DNA from: Saprolegnia diclina VS20
Lineage: Eukaryota
Assembly (NCBI RefSeq): GCF_000281045.1
Contig: NW_008246099.1
Location: forward strand, 244,372 to 308,371
Reading direction: 5' to 3'
Length of the DNA stretch: 64,000 nucleotides
Numbering within the stretch: the first letter of the stretch is position 1; each line of letters starts with the position of its first letter. This document shows, piece by piece, positions 34,701 to 44,868 of the stretch. Below the pieces are notes generated by a model, which saw only the letters and a list, made by a program, of their open reading frames with translations, was not told the origin of the DNA and ran no database searches. The translations under genes were made by a program, and so were the position numbers.

Positions 34701-36506
34701 TTGGCCCGGCGACGCCAACGACATGAGCCGCGCCGAGAGGTTGATCGTGTCGCCCACGACGGCATACTCGGCTCGCACTGCACTGCCTACAACACGCGTG
34801 AGCTTGAAACGAAGAAAGAAGCTCTGGACCAATGCTGCCGCAAAAGGCTGGCCCGGACGTGATGCTACATGACGATCAAGACAGCGTAGAGGACGCAGTT
34901 GAAGTACCCAATGCAGGCTTTGACGCCTTTTTCCTGAAGGTACAGTGCCATGCGAATGCCATGGAGAGCTACATCAAAATATGGGAATTCAAAGTGCAAA
35001 GTCACAAGTGCAAAGTCCAACTATCGATCGATACCGTTGTTTTCGTGGTAGAACGGGGGTAGTCCGACAATGACGATGGCGACGGCGCCCTTGTCATCAA
35101 TGAGGAATTGCCGAATCGTAGCTACAAAGCATTTATCATCATCGATCCCACAGAACAGAGGGAGAAATCGCACCGTGCACACGGTAGGCGGCGTCTTGCA
35201 CGGCGCAGAGGCAGCGGTGCACCTCCAAGAGCTGCGCTTGCGGGTCCGTGATTGTCAAGATCTCGCTGAACTTGATGAAGATCGCTGTGATCGAGCGCAT
35301 GCCGTTGATCACGAGCTTGCCTTTCCCAAGCGAGAGCGAGATGCAACCCGGCACGTACGACTTGATGAGCGGGATGAGGTCCCCCGAGAGCTCCAACGGC
35401 GGCGTTGGATACACGCGCGGCGAGCTGCTCTCGAGGTTATCAATGCGGTAGTTGCCCGTGAGTAGCAGCGTCGATTGCAGCTCAAGATTTTGAATCGCGG
35501 CAGACGCTAGCAGTGTGTGGTAGCATTCGGACGAGACCACGAGCTCGCCTTCGCCCGCATCGTGTTCGGCCATGGACATTTGCTGGTTAGCGTGGCCCGC
35601 CACGTAAAACTCCCACCGATTCAAAAGCCCACCGACGTGATTCCCCGTGACGGTGCTGAGGCCCATACCTACGTGCATACCGAGCCGGTGGCTTCCCGCC
35701 GGTTGACCCCGCAGCATGCCAAGGACTTTGAGCGCACACAGTATCGCCGTGTGCACGAGCTGCCCGTGGTCGACGACAACGGGTGGTGTACCGTCACTGG
35801 AACTTTGTTCCGACGACTCGGTCTCCCACATGACGATCATCGCATCGCCGGCAAACTAGACATCTTCTCAGCGCCATGGCAACGACAATATTGTTTGTAC
35901 TTTGATGATGTCACCGTTGTGCTCGGTGATGATTTCAATCACGGGGGCTACTCGAGATGAGTCAAGCATTCGACAGTAATTCGTACCGAGTGTTTGGTTG
36001 AGAAGCCGCGTGAGTTGCTCGACCGCCATGCCCGTCCGCGCCGGCATGCTTTTCTTGGCCGACGCGTCACCCGTCGAGCTGTGCCGCTCGGCAAAACTCG
36101 TCTTATCGCCAACAATGCTGCCGCGCTTGTCTGTCGACGGTGCGGCGTCATCAACGTCGTGGAGGCCGGAGCGCAGCGCGACCTTGTCGGACGCGGTGCT
36201 CACACGCCGATGGCTCGCCGACCGGGAGATGTCGAGCTTCCCACTCACGCTCGTGCGCATCTTAGCCTCCGTGCCCGTCGGCACGGGCATTCGGTGGGTC
36301 TCTTCCCGTGCGAGGCGGTCGGCGAGCGTGGAGAAGCCCGAAATATCAAAGAGGGCGACGACCGCGGTGAACGATTTCAGCGCCGGCGCTTCAAGCTTGG
36401 CGCGCGTTGCAATGTAGTTGGAGAGCACGATGCGAGGCACGTAGCGGGAGAGCACGTCGATCTCCTTCTTCTCGTCCCGTGTTATCCTCGTCGCCCGCGC
36501 CTCCAT
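31722..36506 (-). CDS. Soluble adenylyl cyclase (ADCY10/sAC)-like protein: two class III cyclase domains, a STAND P-loop NTPase and a TPR-like region; multi-exon
   Basis: C1: LFDISGFS, GDIIK|FAGDA, LGMHVG, RWEFYVAG. C2: TIRQFLIDDKG, GLPPFYHE, EYAVVGDTINLSARLM. Walker A GPTGVGKS, Walker B VVDDAQWVD, and the STAND GNP motif. Confidence 0.92.
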
Positions 36507-36596
36507 GGAGCCGTCGTGAACTACGGCGTTAGCAAGGCGGGACGACGACGCAAGCTAAATTTAAGAGAAATTGGGGGTTTTGTCAATACGCTTTGC

Positions 36597-37512
36597 ATGG
36601 CGCTCGTGCCCAAGCGACTCGGGCTCAAGTACAGGCCCGTGCCGACGCTCGCGGTCGAGTACGAAGGCGTCGACCATGCGCTTCACGTCGAGGTTATCGA
36701 ACTGCCCGACATTCACTTGCGCTCGACCGCCACCGAGCTCCTAAAGCGTGTCCAGACCTCCCATGAGGTGTTTCGCTCAAGTGTTGTCAACCACGAGCAG
36801 CTCACGCGGCTGCTCGAGCAGCTCATTTCGGAGACGACACGCCCAGCCGAGCCGCCTTTGCGCGCGGAGGAGTGCATGCCCCCCGCGCCGCAGAGTGATT
36901 TCCCACCTGCCATTGTGGAGCGACCAACCCCTGTCGAAGTAGCACCAGAGAGCGACGACGAGGAAGCTGCGGAGAGCGCCGAGGAGGACGAGACACCACC
37001 GCCGGCAATGAAGATAGAACGTATCGACGAACCGCAACGAGCCGTGATGATGGTCGACCGAGACGTGCTGCGTGACGCGCCACAGCAAACGACCGAGACG
37101 GTGCAGACAACCCCCGCTCGAGCGGGCGACGACGACGAGAACGAGCTGGCCAAGTCGGCGAGCGAAGAGGAAGAGTCGTTTGAAGAAAGCTTCATGGAGG
37201 AGAGCGTTGAAGCAAGCGTGGATCGGGACGCCGACGTCCGAAGCGAGGTGCCTGCTACTGCGGACGACCCGCCGCCGGTGACAGCGCTCGAGCCGGTGGC
37301 AGCACCAGCACCCGAGCCGGTCAAGGCGGCGCCGGTCGCGACACCGACGCCGGCGCTCGAAGAGTCGAATGTCGAAGAGAGCATGGAAGAGATTACATCC
37401 GAAGCCGAAGAAGAGCTAGGTACGTCTCGACGATGACGCATTATGCAGTCCTATGTCTCGACTAGATTACTTTTCGGGTGGCGACGACAGCGGTGACGAC
37501 GAAGGGTTTTAG
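36597..37512 (+). CDS. CEP19-like protein with an acidic low-complexity tail (intron 37420-37465)
   Basis: The N-terminus MALVPKRLGLKYRPVPTLAVEYE...VNHEQLTRLLEQL resembles the CEP19 N-terminal domain (KKCGIRFQPPAIILIYE...QLEKL). The last exon ends DYFSGGDDSGDDEGF*. Confidence 0.65.
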
Positions 37513-37527
37513 CGTAAAACCCATTTG

Positions 37528-37608
37528 TTATCTTAGACTAGGACAATTATTGTTCTATCTTCAACAAGCAAAATTATTGTTCTATCTTAAACAAGGACAA
37601 TTATTGTT
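37528..37608. repeat. 27-bp AT-rich tandem repeat, 3 copies
   Basis: ttatcttagactaggacaattattgtt / ctatcttcaacaagcaaaattattgtt / ctatcttaaacaaggacaattattgtt. Confidence 0.9.
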
Positions 37609-37780
37609 GTGCGATGTCTCAGTGCGATTATGTCTTTTGCGATAATTCAACACGGGCAAGAGAGGGCTATACATATGGTTATCAAGTTTGTCGAGATGTG
37701 TTGGTGTCTCTAGTCTAAATCTTGTTGTTGGCGGGCGACACTTCAGCCTGCGGCTCGCGTGCGCTGCGCGTCCGGCTGCT

Positions 37781-39786
37781 TCAAAGGCCAAAGCCGCGAC
37801 GTGAGCTCATCGTGCGGGGTACAGGCCGGGACTAGACACGGTTTGTCAGCACGACTCTCAAGATGAAACGCAACGATACCTGGATCAAATGCACAAACTC
37901 TTCGTAGTTGATGGCGCCGTCATGGTCGCTGTCGGCCACGCTGATCATGTCTTGGACAGCGAGCTCCCCAAAGTCGGGCCCGAGCAGCCCTACGCAACGT
38001 CATCCTCGTATGTTGAGTGTAAATTCAAAGACATACGAGCGAGGCCGTCGATGCGAATACCGCCCTTGGTGTCGTCCGGGTTGAAGAGTTGGTAGGCCTT
38101 GCGCAGCACAGTCTCATCGATCGTTGTTGGGTTCATTACGGCCGAAATGAACTCGAGGAACGTCACTTGGTTGGAATTTTCCATGTCGAGACTGGACAAA
38201 ATTCACCTCTTTTTCGAAAAATGGCACAAAATACCTCGAAAAGATTTTGGCAAAGTCCACACCCGGGTATTTGGACGTGAGCGATGCTTGCTGCAGGTCC
38301 TTGATCGTCAAGACGCCATTATGGAGGACGTTGAGCTCGTCAAAGGCCCGGCGAATGTCCGAGAGGTCAATGGACGGGCAGCAAAACGCCACCGCAAGGA
38401 GCCCTACACCATCATGGTCCTTGTCTCTCCAGTTGCTTGCGTCGTACCCGCACGCTTCATGGCGCCAAACGAAGCGTACTCGGAGAGGCGCGTGATGACA
38501 TCATCAATTCTACGGCACCGTCACGCTGTGTTCGTTCCTAGGGCGGAACGTACTGGCACGTGGGCGACAGCGGAACGTCAGCACTTTGCACCCACGGGTG
38601 CATGAGCACCTGCAGCGCCGTGTAGCGTTTGTTGATGTCGGGCTACACAGCATGGTCAAAAAATCGACTCAACATCGTTGCGCGTACTTCGAGGAGGCGC
38701 TGGATCAACCGCTTGGCATCCTCCGAGACGTTGGCCCAGCTCTCGCCGTCAAAAACCACCTGCAAGACAGGTTACCATGGGACTCCGTGGCGATATGTAC
38801 CTTGGCTTCAAAGATGCTCTCGATGATCTCGTCCTCAGTGTCACCATGGAACGGCATCGCGTTGCTCAGCAGCATGTACTAGCGTATCATCCACCATGAG
38901 ATAAAGGCTGCAAGTGCTTCGTACCATGACAACGCCGAGACTCCACATGTCGCATGCCTACACAGTCTTCTCGTCGGCGACGTCGCGCGTCCAAGGTGGT
39001 CGCTACCTGCGTGTATTGACCTTCGAGAAACTCAGGCTACATGCGGTAGCATGAGAGGCGTACGAGCAAATGCGTGCAACGTACGGCCATGTAGACGACC
39101 GAGCCAAGCACGGTTTGCATGAGGACGCCTTCGCGAAACATGGTGCTGGCGCCAAAGCTAGACGACATGTGACTCGTCGTCCAGAGTACGCGATGCATAC
39201 TCGCAGAGCTTGACTTCGGCGCCGACGCCGTCGGTCTCGTACAAAATGTTCTCGAGCTTGATGTCCCGGTGGCAAATGTTTTTGAGGTGGAGGTAGTAGA
39301 TACTCGCCGCGAGCTTGCGTACGTAGAGCTTGGCCGTGGCTTCGGCAAACGCCTCTTTCCGCGACTTGATGGCGTTGAAGAGGTGGCCGCCCGTGCAGAG
39401 CTCCATGATCATGTAAATGTGCGTCGGCGACTCGTACGTCTCGATGAGCCGGACAATGTTGGGGTGTTGGAGCCCGCGCCAGAGGTCGATTTCTTTGCGC
39501 AGCACGGGCAGCTTGGCATTGGGCCCAATCGTAATCACCTATGAGTGGTCCGCACGCTAAGCTCTCCAATAAGAATCAGGATAAATCGATGTACCTTCAT
39601 TGCAAATTGCTCATTTGTGCCGATGGCTTCGACTTGGTTGACGACGCCGAACGCGCCGGTGCCGAGTTCCTTGATGACGCTATAGCGTGTGAAGACGTCG
39701 ACGCCGTCGTAGTGCGTGCAGAGGTTGCGGAGAAAGGTGTCGGGGAGGCGCAGCTCGGGCGCGTCCGACGACTGCAAGCAGCCCAT
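37781..39786 (-). CDS. Calcium-dependent protein kinase (kinase plus calmodulin-like EF-hand domain), many introns
   Basis: MGCLQS N-terminus, LGTGAFGVV, FAMK, HPNIVRL, MELCTGG, HRDIKLEN, DFG split by an intron, and EF-like loops DMENSNQVTFLEF and DSDHDGAINYEEF. Confidence 0.92.
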
Positions 39787-40741
39787 GCTTCGCGGCGGCA
39801 AAAATACTGAGATGGGCGCCGCTGAAATGGCCGTTTATGACATACAATGCGGCCTCATACAAAAACAAAGAGATTTAAATACAATTATTTTGTTCGATTA
39901 GGCCAATCACAGGCCGTATCGCCATTTCGACACCACTTTGGATACTACTCGTCGGTGATTGCAGCGTATTTTGAGCCGAGTGCGGTTGACCAACGACTGG
40001 GACCATGAAGACTAATTAAAGACTGTTGTACTGTCAATGAGCCAAGGATAGCGTACCGACCACACGATCTAAGGGCCGCTTGGACGGAGCTCACTGCGTG
40101 GCCTATGTGGCTGAATATCTTGTCGACATCCCACTGATACTGTACAAAGTGAGCGAGCAAGTGAAGCATGCTATTTTGAGAGGACCTTCTTTCGGGCTGG
40201 CATCGCGTCCTGCAAGTGGCTACCTGGTGCTAGTATAGCAGGCCGCCACTTGATTCGTGGGCGTCGGCTTTGCTTCTCCACAGAACCTACCGGACGAATA
40301 AGTACAGCTGTGCAGCAGTGAAAATGACATCAATTATCGTCTCCAACGTGTCGTTTTGTTGTCTTGATGAAGACAGCAACTCGACATCAAGGGCTAGGGC
40401 AGATCGTATTCGAGTTTACGAGCGTATTAGAGTACCATTGTAGACCGTGCGATGACCGTTGCTCGTCATCGTGGACTTGAGCCTGCCACCGGTAATATTG
40501 AACATATTCTTTGCCGCATGTGAAATTTTGACTTTAACTAGGAAAGACATTCTCGTGGCGCATTATGCAGACACTCTGCTCACGTCAGGGGTGCTTCCGT
40601 GTCAATCGCGGGCATTTCAACCAATCGCATTCGAAATTTGCGATTACACGTGTTTGGATTGGCCAAGGTTGCACCAAACTGCAAACGATTGGCCGAACTC
40701 GAGCGGCGACCATCCGGATACCAACCGGCGAGAAGCGACGA

Positions 40742-43700
40742 ATGAGCAGGATTTCAGCAGCGCCGATGAACAGGGGCGCGGTCGCCGCCGAGTCGTACCG
40801 CTTCGTGCACGCCGACTGCGCAGCGCCGTCCATCTTTCGCTCCGAGTACGTCCGGTACGGTCCATGCCATTCGCTGACCAAGGCTCACGCGGGCATGGCT
40901 CTAGGAACAACCGGTCCAGTGGCCACAAGGTACGCGCCTCTGCCCGTGCGACCACATTGCTCACGTGCGGCCTACCTTGTCTAGAACGTTCGGTACAGGC
41001 GGCGACGCACGGCTGTGATGGGCGTCCTCATGCAGATGCCATTAGGTGCTTCCCGCATTGCTGTGGCGCGCACCGCGACACGACGTTTTGCGGGTCGTCG
41101 ATCGCCATTGAGGGCGGGCCGTCGCACATTGTGTATGGCCGCTTCGAAGAGGTCGACGACTCGGCGAAAGGCGACTCGCGCATTGTGCCAGGCACGATCG
41201 TACCGATCGCCGACATTGTCGCCAACGAGAAGAACTCGGCCAACCCGTTTGGCATGTGGATGCACGGCGTCAAGACCGGAAGCTCGGGCATCACGTACGA
41301 GATCAACCAGCAAAAGCAGTCGTGGCACTATGGCTGGGTCTCGTCGCGCTTTAACTCGGAGACGCTGCACCACTTCAAGGTTCAAGTCGCCCTCGGTTGA
41401 GCGACGCTGATGTGGTTTAGGTCTATTTTTTTGAAAAGGTGAGCGCCGACCACTTTGTGTGCTGCGCGTCGCTGCCGTCGCCGCCCTTTTCGATATCGTC
41501 GAGCCGCAAGACGCGCAAGAAGACGTCCAAGGTCGTGAAAGCCAAGCCCGAGCCGCCAAGCGAAATGCCCGTCGCCTTGATAAGGACGTCGGTCGCTCCG
41601 CCGAGTCCGCACATCAAGCCCGAGCCGGGACTGCCGGTGGCGCCGTCGCAGCCGCAACATCCGCCGCAAGAACCGCAGTACCAGCAGCAACAGCAGAACC
41701 ACCAACAACAACAGTACCAGCAGCAACAACACCAGCAGCACCATCAGCTACAGCTACAGCACCAGCAGCTACAGCAGCAACACCAACTCCAGCAGCAGCA
41801 ACAGCAGCATGCGACCAACGGCGGCTACATGCTCCGAATGCCCGAACCGTCTGGGAGTCTCGTTGCCTTCCTAGAAGATCGCTACGCGTCGTACCCGAGC
41901 CAGAATCCGTACGCCATGGAGACCTATGCGATGCAGTTTGATGGCGGCCACCAGCGCCCGAGTACACACGGGCAGCACGCGCCGACGTACGCATACGACG
42001 CCAACCCGTCGCAGTACCCGACGCACCACGCGCCCGCGTCACCCGTACCGTCGTCCGCACCGTCATCGGGTACATGTTTCTTCTTGTGGCAAGATTGTCT
42101 TATGGCGGCAATTGCTAGCCTTTAGCTTTTCCAGCTTTCTCAACAAGATGGAAACCAAAAGCTCGTTGCACTCAGAGCAGCTCACCGACACGTCGCGCAT
42201 GGACACGGACTCGGTCTGTCCGCGCAACCCGTCGCGACTGCTCTCGTTGCAGGACCTCACGGCGTCGACCAACAAGCGGATGCGGCCCGACGAAGCCTGC
42301 GACGGCAACACGCGCCGGGACGCCCCGCACATGCCGTCGTCGCCCGTACCGTCGTCTGGTACACCGTCGTCTCGACATTAGTCCCTGTGTTCAACTCTGT
42401 GCAGCGTTTAGCTTTTCCAGCTTTATGCGCCCTCCGCCGGGCACGGCGTCGGCACCGACGCCCGTGTCGCCCGTCGCATCGTCCTGCGGTACCTCTATCC
42501 CTCTATTTAGCCGTTGAACCAACTGTACTGCTAGCATTGAGCCTCACGAGCATCCTCAAGCCGGCCCCGTCATCGCCCGTCCCGTCCTCGAGCGGTAGGC
42601 TCCTCCACGCGTTCGGTTCTTTGTGCTCACACATACGGTGCAGCGTTTAGTTTTTCGAGCTTTCGACGACCGCAGGCGCCACCGTCGCCCGCACCGTCGA
42701 CTGTACCGTCCTGCGGTAACGACGTCGGGTTGTGCATATGGCTCACATGCAGGCTAGCGTTCACCTTCTTCTCCGACATCATTGGTGTCGACGACAAGCA
42801 GTGCCCGGCCAAGAAGCGGGCGACGCGCTACGACTACTTTCAGCGGGCGCTGTGCTTGAGCGAGATTCACCTGCTCATCGCGTCGATCGTCTCGTTCAGC
42901 GCAAACGACCTGGACTTCACCGAGGCCAAGGGCCCGCTCGGTGAGTTTTTCATTTTCACGGAAGAGTGCGCGACCTTGCCGGTGGCCAAGTGCGCGCTCT
43001 CGGAAAGCGCGACGCTGCAGAGCTACGAAGAGACGCTCACGTTCTGCGTCAACTTGGTCCGGCACTCGTTCCGGACGGGCTTGATTGGCCGGTTCCAGTC
43101 CTTTCTGCATTCGAAAGCTCACTGCATCTTCAAGCCCGAGCTGCTCGACCAAGCGTACATTGACTTTATCAAATTCTGCGAAAACGAAGTCGAAACGTAC
43201 GTGTTTCCGCGCAAAAACATGCAGTGCGACGCGTTCCTGGACTACCTCAAGCGCAACTTGCCGCACGAAGTGGTCGCGCTTCTCCGTACGTCCACGATGC
43301 TACTGACAGTGGATTTTATGACGATTTTGACGCTTTTTGTGGTTTTAGACCACGAGTCGGACGACAGCGTCGAGCCCGCGGGGTACTTTGAGCTCGTGAC
43401 GCAGCTGCGTCAAGCGTACCAGTTTAAAAAGACCGAGGAGCACAACGAGTCGACGCGCGATGAAGAAGGGTCCGAGCCCGAGGGCGCGATCGACGCGACC
43501 TCCATCACAGGCCGCTGGCGCCGAAAAGTGCCGCTCCCCGGAACGTACACGGTGGGCGCGAGCAGCAACAACCCATCGTGGGTCTATCGCGTCCTCGGTC
43601 TCAAGATGATGACAACGTGGAACTTTATCGAGACTCAAACCGAGCTCCAGGTATTTGGCTCTTATTTTTGTTTTTTGATAGATTGAAACATTGAATCATC

Positions 43701-44234
43701 GCTAGATTGCGTTTGAAGAGAGCCTGATCCCAATGCGAACACCGTACCTGCTGACCGGCGACCCGATGTTCTTGTCGTTTTCGCCCGTCGGACTCAGCAG
43801 CAACTACGCCTACGGCGGTCTCGTGCGCTCGGCCATGTCAGGTATGTGCATTCAATGTGGTCGTCTGAAGCTCCAGCGCAGGCAACTGGTCAGGCTACAA
43901 GGCGTGGCGCAACGAGCAAAACCACATCGTCGTGAGCTGGTACAGCTGGCGCCGCGAGTCGATGGGCCAGAGCTGCGTCCGCCGGCGCGTCATCAAGTCG
44001 TTTTACCGGACGCCACTCGACCCGGACACGCTCGAGTGCCACACCAAGATCGAGGTGCTCCATCGTTACCACCTCATCGTGGTTCCTAGAAGCGTGTGTG
44101 GCTAGGTGGCGACGCAGCCCGAGGCCAACCTTGGCGAGCTCAGTGTCACGGAGCGCATCAACTACCCCGGCGAGTGGCAATGCCTCCACGACGAGATGAC
44201 GCAATTCGTCCGGATTCCTGGTCCGCGCAAGTAG
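40742..44234 (+). CDS. Intron-rich poly-Q protein with a Cys/His-containing N-terminal domain; putative transcription factor
   Basis: Manual splicing gives SEYVR-NNRSSGHK-NVR-CFPHCCGAH..FCG...SWHYGWVSSR...HHFKVYF...SPPFSISSSRKTRKK, a poly-Q tract, repeated Ser/Pro exons and a globular C-terminal region ending RIPGPRK*. Confidence 0.75.
41675..41808 (+). repeat. CAG/CAA poly-glutamine coding repeat
   Basis: QYQQQQQNHQQQQYQQQQHQQHHQLQLQHQQLQQQHQLQQQQQQH. Confidence 0.9.
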
Positions 44235-44868
44235 CCGACGTACTACACCCTAGAATATACAGTCGTCGTCTGGTGTTCTGGTGTTGTTGCGTCTTGCACG
44301 CAATGACGTGGCGCTTGCTACACGCTGGCGGTTTCACTTTGCACTACAGTACATACGTGGCATGACACGAGAGCAGTGTACCGCGCGAGAAGACGCCGCG
44401 CCAAGAGGTCAACCAGGCAAAGAACTCGCGGACGCTGCGGCGCCAAGCTCTGCCATTGTAACATTGATCGCTCCACGATGGCGTGGTCGTCGCCAGCTAC
44501 CGTTTTGAAATTACGCCCCGTTTACCGACCAATCGGGCGGCAGCAAAGCAACGGCTCTGCTTGCACAAGAATCCAGTCGACATACCGCCCAGTTGCAGCT
44601 CCCAATCCCAGCATCGGCATGTCCCAACGTTGTTAATTGAGCGAAGCCAAATCAGGAGCACCGGTGCACGCCTCAACAGAACCGATGCGAAGCTCGTCCG
44701 AACCCCGTGTACCTCTGGTTCGACAAAACGCGAACGAGTATCGTGCCTGCGGAGTCGTTGGCGTGCACTCGCGCTCCTGATCTGGCGGCGCACAATTGAC
44801 AAAGTTGGGATATGTCGATAACGCTCTTCATTGATTCGATTCTTTTTGATTGCAGCAACAATTATATT

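Noticed and set aside
35994..36596. N-terminal extension of the 480-aa ORF upstream of the CEP19-like ATG
   Set aside because: It is the antisense of the cyclase first exon; homology-like sequence begins at Met 36597.
37528..37608. Possible CRISPR-like array
   Set aside because: Units are contiguous with no unique spacers, there are only three copies, the context is eukaryotic and no cas genes are present.
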